Assembly (NCBI GenBank): GCA_964010765.1
Contig: CAXGMD010000043.1
Coordinates: forward strand, 1-28,885
Direction: 5' to 3'
Length of the DNA: 28,885 bases
Source of the DNA: an uncultured bacterium
GTDB lineage: Bacteria; SAR324; NAC60-12
Positions within the stretch are counted from its first letter, which is position 1. Each line of letters starts with the position of its first letter. The notes under the pieces were generated by a model, which saw nothing but the letters and a program-made list of their open reading frames with translations, searched no databases and was not told the origin of the DNA. The translations under genes were made by a program, and so were the position numbers. Positions 1-10,983 of the stretch are shown piece after piece.

Positions 1-329
1 ACTGGGGCGATGCAGTAGAGGCTCTGGAAGAGGAATCAGAGGAAGTAGCGAGTGCTGAGCCCGAGGGTGAACCTGAGGTTTTGGAAGAAGAGACGTTTGA
101 GGACTGGGGTGAAGCTGTGGAAGCCTTGGAAGATGAATCCGATAGCCCACCACCAGTAGAAACTCCTGCCGTTGCTGCTTCGACAGCTACCGAAATTCCA
201 GCAGGCATGGGATCATTAGATACAGTGATTGAGGGTATGATCACACGATCTGTACAGAAAGCTGTCGCAGATGCAATGCCTCAGATCGTTGAGCGGATTG
301 TTCAGGAACTTCGACAGCCCCGCCCATGA
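1..329 (+). CDS. 5'-truncated acidic low-complexity repeat protein with C-terminal amphipathic helix (RomR/PopZ-tail-like)
   Basis: Frame is open from base 3: WGDAVEALEEESEEVASAEPEGEPEVLEEETFEDWGEAVEALEDES. The motif WG(D/E)AVEALE(E/D)ES occurs twice. The C-terminus is LDTVIEGMITRSVQKAVADAMPQIVERIVQELR and the stop is at 327-329. The track start at 81 is internal. Confidence 0.7.
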   Translation, partial: WGDAVEALEEESEEVASAEPEGEPEVLEEETFEDWGEAVEALEDESDSPPPVETPAVAASTATEIPAGMGSLDTVIEGMITRSVQKAVADAMPQIVERIVQELRQPRP

Positions 330-330
330 A

Positions 331-534
331 ATGGCCCGTCCCATTGTTCAGGATTATGAAGCCATCCAACTGAGCCAAGCTATCACTGATCGTAAGCAAC
401 TACGATTAGTGTTCTTGGATGGAGATACCCTTGTCGAGACAGTCCGCTGGCACACTCCGGCCTGGATTGGTCTGCGTGACGGCAAGGTCATCAACAAGCA
501 AGCCCTCAAGTTCTGGGAGCCGCTTGATCCCTAA
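331..534 (+). CDS. Small Sm/Hfq-like protein, 67 aa (putative RNA chaperone)
   Basis: ATG at 331 lies 1 nt after the upstream stop. MARPIVQDYEAIQLSQAITDRKQLRLVFLDGDTLVETVRWHTPAWIGLRDGKVINKQALKFWEP follows the Hfq pattern: N-terminal helix, hxhhLxxGxxL, and hhxKxAh..P as in YKHAISTVVP. Confidence 0.6.
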   Translation: MARPIVQDYEAIQLSQAITDRKQLRLVFLDGDTLVETVRWHTPAWIGLRDGKVINKQALKFWEPLDP

Positions 535-565
535 AGATCCATCTGTTCGTCACATCCCGCACTGA

Positions 566-3402
<2,837 letters not shown>

Positions 3403-3407
3403 CAGGT

Positions 3408-5021
3408 TCAGTGCCGGACAGAATCGAAAGAGGAAGATTGTGCAGAAGCGACTGCACGTGCATAGGATTTGGGCATGTCAGACTGTAGCAAACTACCTGG
3501 CTCCAGATATTCGTAGATTTCCCCGTAGTGCTTGATCTCTGTCGAACTGACCCGTCGCATTAGATGCCAGGGTCGCAGATTGTCTGTATCTTTCAGGCCC
3601 ATTGCGCCAATGATCTCACAAACACTCTTCTCCAAGTTCTTGTGTAGGTTATAGACACGCACTTTCTTGTCTGATGGGTCCAAACCATACATCAGTGTTC
3701 GATCTGTCGTCGCAACTCCCACTGGGCAGCGATTCGTGTTGCACTTGAGTGCTTGAATACAACCAAGCCCCATCATCATTGCCCGAGCTGAGTTACAGAG
3801 GTCAGCCCCAAGCGCCAGACGCTTGACGATGCCAAAGCCTGACATCACCTTGCCACTGCTGATGACTCGAATATCCTTACGGAGATCAAATCCAGTGAGT
3901 GCATTGTGTACAAAGATCAAACCTTCGCTCAGAGGGCTACCAATGTTATTGGTGAATTCCAGTGGGGCTGCACCGGTTCCTCCCTCTCCACCATCGACGG
4001 TAATGAAATCAGGCTTGATCCCAGTTTCATGCATCGCCTTACAGATAGCCAAAAATTCACGTCGTTTACCCACACAGAGCTTAAAGCCAACCGGCTTGCC
4101 TCCTGATTTCTCTCGCAGTAACTGAACAAATTCTATCAATTCTAAGGGAGTCGAGAACGCTGAATGCCCTGGAGGTGAATTGACGTCCTGCCCCATCGGT
4201 ACACCACGAATTTCTGCAATTTCCTTGGTTAGTTTGGCTGCGGGTAGAATCCCACCATGTCCGGGCTTCGCTCCTTGAGAGAGCTTGATCTCAATCATCT
4301 TTACTTGGTCCTGAGAGGCCTTCTCTGCAAATTTTTCAGCGCTGAAGCTCCCATCATTGTTGCGGCAGGCGAAGTAGCCCGTACCAATCTGCCAGATCAG
4401 ATCGCCCCCTCCCTGATGATGAAATTTAGAAATCCCCCCTTCTCCAGTGTTATGAGCAAATTTGCCCATCTTGGCGCCACTGTTGAGAGCCAGTACGGCA
4501 TTAGCACTCAGAGAGCCATAACTCATCGCAGAGATGTTCAGTAGACTGGCCGAGTAGGGCTTTTTACAATCCGGTCCACCTACCGTGACACGCAGATCAG
4601 TCTGGTCCAAGTGAGCAGGCTTTAGCGAGTGATTGACCCACTCGTAGCCAACTTCGTAAACATCTTGTTGAGTTCCGAAAGGCACCGTATCTCGGGCATT
4701 TTTGGCACGCTGATAGACTAAACTTCGTTCCAGGCGGTTGAAGGGGCGGCCTCCTGTGTCGGATTCAACAAAGTACTGATAAAGCTCTGGGCGGATTTCT
4801 TCCAGCAGGTAGCGCAGGTGGCCAATGATTGGGAAGTTTCGAGGAACAGTCTGTGATTTCTGGAAGACATCACGGAGACCGAGTAGAATGAGTGGAGCAC
4901 CAATGACTAGAGTCCAGAGAATTTCCAGGTAGATCGGAGCAACTGCGGCCAGCATACCGAGATAGAGAATCGTGAGAACATAAAATACCTTCCGTACACT
5001 GATGGGTGAGTCAGCAATCAT
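3408..5021 (-). CDS. FMN-binding glutamate synthase family protein (stand-alone, membrane-anchored)
   Basis: SAMSYGSLS, NTGEGG, EIKLSQGAKPGHGGILP, DGGEGGTGAAP, and the [3Fe-4S] motif CIQALKCNTNRCP. Two N-terminal hydrophobic helices and no amidotransferase domain. Confidence 0.92.
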   Translation of the reverse strand: MIADSPISVRKVFYVLTILYLGMLAAVAPIYLEILWTLVIGAPLILLGLRDVFQKSQTVPRNFPIIGHLRYLLEEIRPELYQYFVESDTGGRPFNRLERSLVYQRAKNARDTVPFGTQQDVYEVGYEWVNHSLKPAHLDQTDLRVTVGGPDCKKPYSASLLNISAMSYGSLSANAVLALNSGAKMGKFAHNTGEGGISKFHHQGGGDLIWQIGTGYFACRNNDGSFSAEKFAEKASQDQVKMIEIKLSQGAKPGHGGILPAAKLTKEIAEIRGVPMGQDVNSPPGHSAFSTPLELIEFVQLLREKSGGKPVGFKLCVGKRREFLAICKAMHETGIKPDFITVDGGEGGTGAAPLEFTNNIGSPLSEGLIFVHNALTGFDLRKDIRVISSGKVMSGFGIVKRLALGADLCNSARAMMMGLGCIQALKCNTNRCPVGVATTDRTLMYGLDPSDKKVRVYNLHKNLEKSVCEIIGAMGLKDTDNLRPWHLMRRVSSTEIKHYGEIYEYLEPGSLLQSDMPKSYARAVASAQSSSFDSVRH

Positions 5022-5051
5022 GAAAACTCCTGAAGGGTGAAAGTGAGTTGC

Positions 5052-6653
5052 TCAGTTTTGTTTTGTTTGGGAATCTTCATCGAGAACTGCCATTGCCCGA
5101 ATCGAGGACGGGAGCGTGAAATAGAAGCGAGAGCCTTCGCCCAAGGTGCTCTCAGCCCAGATCTGTCCACCGTTCTCGCGAACAAGCTCGTTGCAAAGAA
5201 TCAACCCCAGTCCCGTGCCTTTTTCATTGGCGGTTCCAACTGTGGAAAATGAGGTCTCGATCTGAAACAGATCGTTCAGGCGCTGGGAAGCAATCCCGAC
5301 ACCACTGTCTGCGACACAAATGATGATCATGCCATCCTGCTGACTCGCATAGACCTGAATCTTTCCTTGTACCTGAGTGAACTTGATTGCATTAGAGATC
5401 AAGTTCTGCATCACCAAAGAAAGATGGGTACGGTCAGCGTAGACCAGCATCTCAGGATCTAGTGAAGAGTCAAAATGGATCTTCTTAGCCAACAGGTTGC
5501 CCTGCAGGAGGCTCAGCACCATTTCAACTCGCTCGCGCAGCAAAAGTGGCTCTGGTTGATAGCCCATACGACCTGACTGCAACCGGGTCCATTGCATCAG
5601 GTTTTCAAGTAGGTTGAGCAAGTTCTGCGCACCTACATGAATATGGTTTCCGTAGGACTGAATCTCTTCTAGCGTGAAGTCAGAAAGATTGCCAGAAAGA
5701 ATTTCAGCAAAACCTAGAATCGAGTGGAAAGGACTCTTCAGATCGTGGGAGATGATCGAGAAGAATTTATCCTTATTAGCGTTCTGTCGCAGCAATGCCT
5801 GCTCAGAATCTACGAGGCGAGCATTGAGCTCCTCCAATTCTTCTGTGCGTTGACGAAGCGTGGCTTCCATCTGCTTTTTTTCGGTGATGTCCGACTGAAT
5901 TCCAACGTAGTGCGTAGTTTGTCCTCCCTCATCTCTGATAGGAGTGATTGAAAGTTTGTTCCAGAAGGGACGTCCATCAACGGCATAATTCAGCAACTCG
6001 ACCGTGCACGAGGTCTTGGTACGAAGCGCCTGGCGGATTGTTTCAATAGTGTTCTGGTTTGTTTCTGGGCCCTGAAGGAAACGGCAGTTGCGCCCCAGTA
6101 CTTGGTCTAGTTCATAGCCAGTAATTTTTAAAAATCCGCTGTTGGCATAGATGATTGGATTTCCATTCTGAGTTGCATCTGTGATTGTAATCCCCTCGTC
6201 AGCAGCTGCCATAGCTCGGTTTCGAAGTTGTAGTCCCTGCTCTGTCAGGGCACTTTGTGAAATGTCTTCATGGGCAGCCACCACCCAGTTACGCTCGTCG
6301 AAACTGAAGTGTGTGAGGGACAGTGAAAACCAGCGCTGTTCCGTATCGCTGTGGCAGGGATATTCTACTTGAAAAGAGTTTCTCTCCCCAGACAGCAATT
6401 GCTGGATCGCTTCAGCTACATTTCTCGCATCTTCTGTCTGGGGCCCAATAGCTTCTCGACAAATCCCCAGATAGTTGCGTCCTACTCCCCAATTGGGATC
6501 TTTGTATTGATTGGCCATACCGAAACGACGCCAAGCATCGTTGACCGCAACAATCACTCCCTGCTCATTGAGAATAGCAAGATGAATAGGGAGGGAGTCC
6601 AGAGTCTCCTGAAAAAATTTTGTGGAACTACGAAACGGGAGAACTTTTTCCAT
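5052..6653 (-). CDS. PAS-LOV histidine kinase (putative blue-light sensor)
   Basis: PAS1 (VNDAWRRF...YPCHSDTEQRWF). LOV domain NPIIYANSGFLKITGY...GRNCRFLQG (6069-6095)...LLNY..DG..FWN...VGIQSDIT. Coiled-coil linker, H-box ISHDLKSP, and N/G boxes NLISNAIKF, DSGVGI, GTGLGL. No transmembrane segment. Confidence 0.95.
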   Translation of the reverse strand: MEKVLPFRSSTKFFQETLDSLPIHLAILNEQGVIVAVNDAWRRFGMANQYKDPNWGVGRNYLGICREAIGPQTEDARNVAEAIQQLLSGERNSFQVEYPCHSDTEQRWFSLSLTHFSFDERNWVVAAHEDISQSALTEQGLQLRNRAMAAADEGITITDATQNGNPIIYANSGFLKITGYELDQVLGRNCRFLQGPETNQNTIETIRQALRTKTSCTVELLNYAVDGRPFWNKLSITPIRDEGGQTTHYVGIQSDITEKKQMEATLRQRTEELEELNARLVDSEQALLRQNANKDKFFSIISHDLKSPFHSILGFAEILSGNLSDFTLEEIQSYGNHIHVGAQNLLNLLENLMQWTRLQSGRMGYQPEPLLLRERVEMVLSLLQGNLLAKKIHFDSSLDPEMLVYADRTHLSLVMQNLISNAIKFTQVQGKIQVYASQQDGMIIICVADSGVGIASQRLNDLFQIETSFSTVGTANEKGTGLGLILCNELVRENGGQIWAESTLGEGSRFYFTLPSSIRAMAVLDEDSQTKQN

Positions 6654-6715
6654 GAAGAATTTTGTGGCGTCAGAGGCGCTACCGACGAGCGGATGGCGGA
6701 GAGGGGAAGGATTCC

Positions 6716-7090
6716 TTAGGCGAGATGTTTCTCGACTTGCTGCCGTAATTGACAGGGTGCAATCGGCTTCCGCAAGTATCCTTGTGCTCCGGCCTGCAAA
6801 GCGGCCTGCTCACGGCCACTTTCCTGCTCAGCAGAGAGGAACAGTACCGGAGTTTCATGATCGTAGCGACGCAACTCCTCACAGAGTTCTATGCCGGTTC
6901 GCCGAGCTAAATTCTGGTCCATCAGAATCAGGTCGGGTTGCGTCTCTGCAACCATGTTATGAAATTGATCTTCCTGTTGCAAACAGATCAATTTCCAAGT
7001 TGGCCTACGAAAGACAGCCTGAACTAAATCCAGACTAGGGCGCTCGTCGTCCAGCGCTAAGATGATTTTAGGTTTAATGAAATTATTCAC
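6716..7090 (-). CDS. Single-domain response regulator (REC only)
   Basis: LDDE acidic pair, PDLILMD phospho-acceptor, FLSA and YLRKP. GTG start, 124 aa, no output domain. Confidence 0.9.
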   Translation of the reverse strand: MNNFIKPKIILALDDERPSLDLVQAVFRRPTWKLICLQQEDQFHNMVAETQPDLILMDQNLARRTGIELCEELRRYDHETPVLFLSAEQESGREQAALQAGAQGYLRKPIAPCQLRQQVEKHLA

Positions 7091-7458
7091 ATTCTGCCAA
7101 TATAGAAATGGTGGTTAGCGAAGAGCAAACTAATTTTTAGATAAATCTATTATTTTTTTACTAGGCATATCTAGAAACAGATCAAATTTTCTCTTATTTT
7201 TAGAAATTTGGTTTCTACCATGCAGTAGAACCTCCTTCAGTGCGAGAACTCAGATTAACTGCTACATACCCTGTGCCAATTCAGAGTTGGAAGATGAAGA
7301 AGCTTAGATGCTGAATTTATGGAGTTTGACTCGGTTGAAAAACCGATGTTGGCTAGGGAATACTGGCTTAAAAAAAATAATAAACTTCTTTACATAATTT
7401 TTTATCATTTTTTGATAAAATAAAATTTCCAAAATAAAATTATCCTGAAAATAAAATT
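7091..7458. promoter_or_regulatory. AT-rich divergent promoter region
   Basis: 368-bp gap between divergent genes. Contains inverted repeats TCGGTT-GAAA-AACCGA (7331-7346) and TTTTATCA-N5-TGATAAAA (7400-7420), and AAAATAAAATT three times (7417, 7431, 7448). Confidence 0.7.
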
Positions 7459-9477
7459 ATGAAAATTTTGATAATCGATGATGAACCTTACGTAGAGGCA
7501 CTGATCAAAGGATGGTTTCGCTCTTCAGACCATGAATTGAACTTTTTGCAGAGTGGGGCTGCGCTGATGCGTGAGGGAGCCACCTTTGTCAAAAAATATG
7601 ACGTAGTGATCATTGACAAGCAGTTACCAGAGGTTGACGGGCTCCAAATTGGTAAGCATCTTAAAGAAAATTACCCCGAGTTGGTGACGATCATGGTCAC
7701 AGGCTTTGAAAGTACAGACACACTGGTATCAGCTTTTCGGGACAGTCATTTCGATGACTACATTTCAAAGCCTTTTGATTCGCGCAAGCTACAGGACTCG
7801 CTTTTGCGAGCGCAGCGACTGGTCGAAGAGCGTCATGCTCTCACCAGTGAGTACAAACTGAACGAGTCACTACGACTACAGACTATTGAAACGCCAAAAC
7901 AACTGGTGGGGCAATCGCCCCGTTTTCTGGAGATGATGGCGCTGATCAAAAAATTTGCTCCGCTAGATGGTCCAATCTTAATTCGTGGAGAGACGGGGAC
8001 AGGAAAAGAATTGGTAGCTCGTGAGATCTACAAGTGTAGTCGTCGCCAGCATGGCTCCTTCGTGCCTGTGAACTGCGGTGCCATTCCCGCTGAACTCTTC
8101 GAGAGTGAGTTGTTTGGTCATGAGAAAGGAGCGTTTACTGGGGCGATTGGCAAAAAGGAAGGCTTGGTCAAATTGGCGGATGGTGGGACCCTGTTTTTAG
8201 ATGAAATCGGGGATACGCCCAGGGCCTTACAGGTCAAACTTCTACGCATGTTGCAGGAGGGAGAGATCCTCTCGGTTGGCAGTAATCGTCAGCAGAAAGT
8301 GAATGTCCGTGTAATCAGTGCGACCAATCAGAAGTTAGAGGATCAAATCAAGGTCAAAGACTTCCGGGAGGATCTACTCTATCGATTAAATGTGTTTACG
8401 ATTTACCTACCACCACTAAGAGAGCGCCAGGAAGACCTACCCATGTTGATCCAGCACTTCATTCAGAAGAACAGTATGTTGAATCCAAGTGTGGTTGGGG
8501 TGGACCCAAATGCGTTGGAGATGCTGAGTCACTGGCCTTGGGAAGGTAATATCCGTGAATTGGAGAACGTGATCCAGCGTACCTGCGCCTTGGCGGAGTC
8601 GGAATATTTACGCCCAGAAGACTTCAAGGAAATTTACCATGAGTTGGTCAAGGGACACCCGAAGTTTGTAGTTCCCAAAGATAATGGTAACGAAGAAAGC
8701 GGTGAAGTCAGCAGTAGCACGAGTAGTCCCTTTGCACTGATCAATAGCAATCAAAGCTTCGCCAAGCACAGTGAACAACTCTGGCATGTTTTTCGAGAAA
8801 ACAATTGGAAGCTTTGGCAGCTGGACAATCGTAACGAAGTCCGACAGATTCTGACAGAATGGTTGGAAACAGCGACGTATGTAAAAGTTGGACACTTTGG
8901 TAGAATCCAGACTGCTCGTGATCAGGTTCTGCCGGTACGGATCAGCTATCTCAATCCTGAAACTTGCCGAATCGAACAGATTGCCATCAATTTCTGTTTC
9001 TACTGCGAAGACTCGCTGGCGGAAGCACCAGTTTCTGCCAGCTTTGAATTTGCCAGAGAGAATGGTCAGTGCCATCAGATATACCAACCGGTTAAGAAAG
9101 GTTTGCCTGACACCTATTTCTTCAACCTATTATATCGTAATCGTCATCGTAACCAGACGATCAGCATTTCACCTCAGCACATCATTCGGGCGCTGGTTCT
9201 ACGGTACGCACAGATGGATACGCCAGTGCGTCCACTAAAGAAAGTATTTGATGATGTGATGGAGTTTCTGATTGATGAAGAGGTTGTTGAGCAATTCCCT
9301 TACTTGCCACATGATGGCTTAGAGGCAATGCGAGGTTGCCTCTGCAGCAAGGCCCATGTGTTTTCAGGCTTTTCCAGTCGGCTCAAGGCCAATCCAAATC
9401 TCGTAGCCCAGGAAGTGCGCAAGGTTTTCCCAGACTATTCCCTGCCCTTCACGATGCAGCAATCACTAGCTCAGTGA
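7459..9477 (+). CDS. Sigma-54-dependent response regulator (REC-AAA+) with atypical C-terminal domain
   Basis: REC (IIDDE, IIDKQLP, MVTG, SKPF), Walker A GETGTGKE, GAFTGA (8128-8145), Walker B LFLDEIG, FREDLLYRLNV and WEGNIRELEN. About 280 aa follow without an evident Fis HTH. Confidence 0.93.
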   Translation: MKILIIDDEPYVEALIKGWFRSSDHELNFLQSGAALMREGATFVKKYDVVIIDKQLPEVDGLQIGKHLKENYPELVTIMVTGFESTDTLVSAFRDSHFDDYISKPFDSRKLQDSLLRAQRLVEERHALTSEYKLNESLRLQTIETPKQLVGQSPRFLEMMALIKKFAPLDGPILIRGETGTGKELVAREIYKCSRRQHGSFVPVNCGAIPAELFESELFGHEKGAFTGAIGKKEGLVKLADGGTLFLDEIGDTPRALQVKLLRMLQEGEILSVGSNRQQKVNVRVISATNQKLEDQIKVKDFREDLLYRLNVFTIYLPPLRERQEDLPMLIQHFIQKNSMLNPSVVGVDPNALEMLSHWPWEGNIRELENVIQRTCALAESEYLRPEDFKEIYHELVKGHPKFVVPKDNGNEESGEVSSSTSSPFALINSNQSFAKHSEQLWHVFRENNWKLWQLDNRNEVRQILTEWLETATYVKVGHFGRIQTARDQVLPVRISYLNPETCRIEQIAINFCFYCEDSLAEAPVSASFEFARENGQCHQIYQPVKKGLPDTYFFNLLYRNRHRNQTISISPQHIIRALVLRYAQMDTPVRPLKKVFDDVMEFLIDEEVVEQFPYLPHDGLEAMRGCLCSKAHVFSGFSSRLKANPNLVAQEVRKVFPDYSLPFTMQQSLAQ

Positions 9478-9517
9478 GTTTGCAAAAACAAAGCTGATCA
9501 ATAGCCGCGCTTCTATT

Positions 9518-9553
9518 CCAGTCACTGGGAATTCCTACTTTCCGGGTGACTGG
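9518..9553 (+). other. Stem-loop between the activator and photolyase genes
   Basis: CCAGTCACTGGGAA-ttcctact-TTCCGGGTGACTGG: 14-bp stem with one G-U pair and one mismatch. No strong U-tract follows. Confidence 0.55.
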
Positions 9554-9591
9554 CTCTTCACCGACTTGCTCACCCCGTCTTTGGAGTTTTC

Positions 9592-10983
9592 ATGTACACC
9601 GCCTCAATCTTCCTGTTCCGGCGAGATCTGCGTCTATTTGATAATTCTGGATTGCGCCAGGCCTTGAAGCGCTCCAATACCGTCTGGCCGATCTTCTGTT
9701 TTGACCCTCAACAGGTAGAAGAGCATCCTTACCGAAGCCTACCCGCTCTGCGTTTCATGTTGGAATCTCTTGCAGATCTGCAGCTTCAATTGGTTGAAGC
9801 TGGTGGAAGACTCCTGTTATTCAGAGGGAAGCCTCAGGATTTACTACCGGAGTTGCTCCAACAAAGTGGGGCACAGGCTGTGTTCGTAAATCGAGATTTC
9901 ACTCCATTTAGTCAGCAAAGAGATGCGGATTTGGAGAAAATTGCAAAAAAACGGGGGATCGCTTGGAACAGTATGGATGATTTGCTGCTGCATCCACCTG
10001 AAAACACACGGAAAGCTGATGGCAATCCCTACACGGTCTTTACTCCGTTTTATCGAAATGCTGCTCGCTTGACTGTACCGCTTCCAGAACCGCTCCCAAA
10101 GGCGCAGTGGGGAACTTCTGTTTTGCCGCTTGAGTCTGACAGGGGACAGGACTTGATGTCGTTTCAGATGGAAGCCCGTCACCCAGAAACTCCAGCAGGT
10201 GGTCGCAGTGCGGCGCTGGCAATTCTGGCAAAGGCCTCTCGATTTACAGACTATGGTGAAAAACGAGATTTCCCTGCGATAGCGCAGGGTACAACTCGAC
10301 TTGCTGCGCATCATAAGTTCGGCACGGTTTCGGTGCGGGAAGTCTTTCACCACCTGCTACCAACGTTGGGTAGCTCAGATCATCCTTTGTTGCGCCAACT
10401 CTACTGGCGGGACTTCTTCACTCAGATTGCTTTTCACTTTCCAAAAGTATTCGGAAACGCTTTTCAATCCAGCTACAACGATCTGCCTTGGTCTACTAAC
10501 GAGCAACGTTTTGCAGCTTGGTGTGAGGGTCGGACGGGTTTCCCCATTGTCGATGCTGGTATGCGTGAACTGAACAACACGGGCTATATGCACAATCGGG
10601 CTCGAATGATCGTAGCATCTTTTCTGACCAAGGATCTTCACATCGATTGGCGTTGGGGGGAACGTTACTTTGCTCAGCGTCTGGTAGATTACGACCCATG
10701 TGTCAACAACGGTAGCTGGCAGTGGGCTGCCTCTACGGGGTGTGATGCTCAACCCTACTTCCGGATCTTCAATCCCTGGCTACAGCAGAAGAGATTTGAT
10801 GTCCAGTGTGAATACATTCATCGCTGGATCCCTGAGCTGCGAGGCATTTCTCCAACCCGACTCCATCGTTGGGATAAAGAAGCCGACACCTTGGGAATCC
10901 AAGATTATCCTGCTCCGATGGTGGAGCATAGCCAGGTCAGCCAGCAGGCCAAGGAACTTTTCGCGCAACATGCCCGGAGATAG
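9592..10983 (+). CDS. phrB: Deoxyribodipyrimidine (CPD) photolyase
   Basis: FRRDLRLFDN, PYTVFTPFY, RQLYWRDFF, WCEGRTGFPIVDAGMREL, GYMHNRARMIVASFL, NNGSWQWAAS and YFRIFNP. SD GGAG at 9583-9586. Confidence 0.93.
   Translation: MYTASIFLFRRDLRLFDNSGLRQALKRSNTVWPIFCFDPQQVEEHPYRSLPALRFMLESLADLQLQLVEAGGRLLLFRGKPQDLLPELLQQSGAQAVFVNRDFTPFSQQRDADLEKIAKKRGIAWNSMDDLLLHPPENTRKADGNPYTVFTPFYRNAARLTVPLPEPLPKAQWGTSVLPLESDRGQDLMSFQMEARHPETPAGGRSAALAILAKASRFTDYGEKRDFPAIAQGTTRLAAHHKFGTVSVREVFHHLLPTLGSSDHPLLRQLYWRDFFTQIAFHFPKVFGNAFQSSYNDLPWSTNEQRFAAWCEGRTGFPIVDAGMRELNNTGYMHNRARMIVASFLTKDLHIDWRWGERYFAQRLVDYDPCVNNGSWQWAASTGCDAQPYFRIFNPWLQQKRFDVQCEYIHRWIPELRGISPTRLHRWDKEADTLGIQDYPAPMVEHSQVSQQAKELFAQHARR

Noticed and set aside
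271..330. ORF-track start at 271 for the 87-aa ORF
   Set aside because: It overlaps the upstream gene in another frame. The ATG at 331 gives a clean, coupled 67-aa protein.
5052..9477. Signalling module as a horizontally acquired island
   Set aside because: It looks somewhat more AT-rich by eye, but there is no integrase, tRNA or flanking repeat, and I could not quantify composition.
9551..9570. TGGC...TTGCT upstream of the photolyase as a sigma-54 promoter
   Set aside because: GG-to-GC spacing is 4 bp too long for a -24/-12 promoter.
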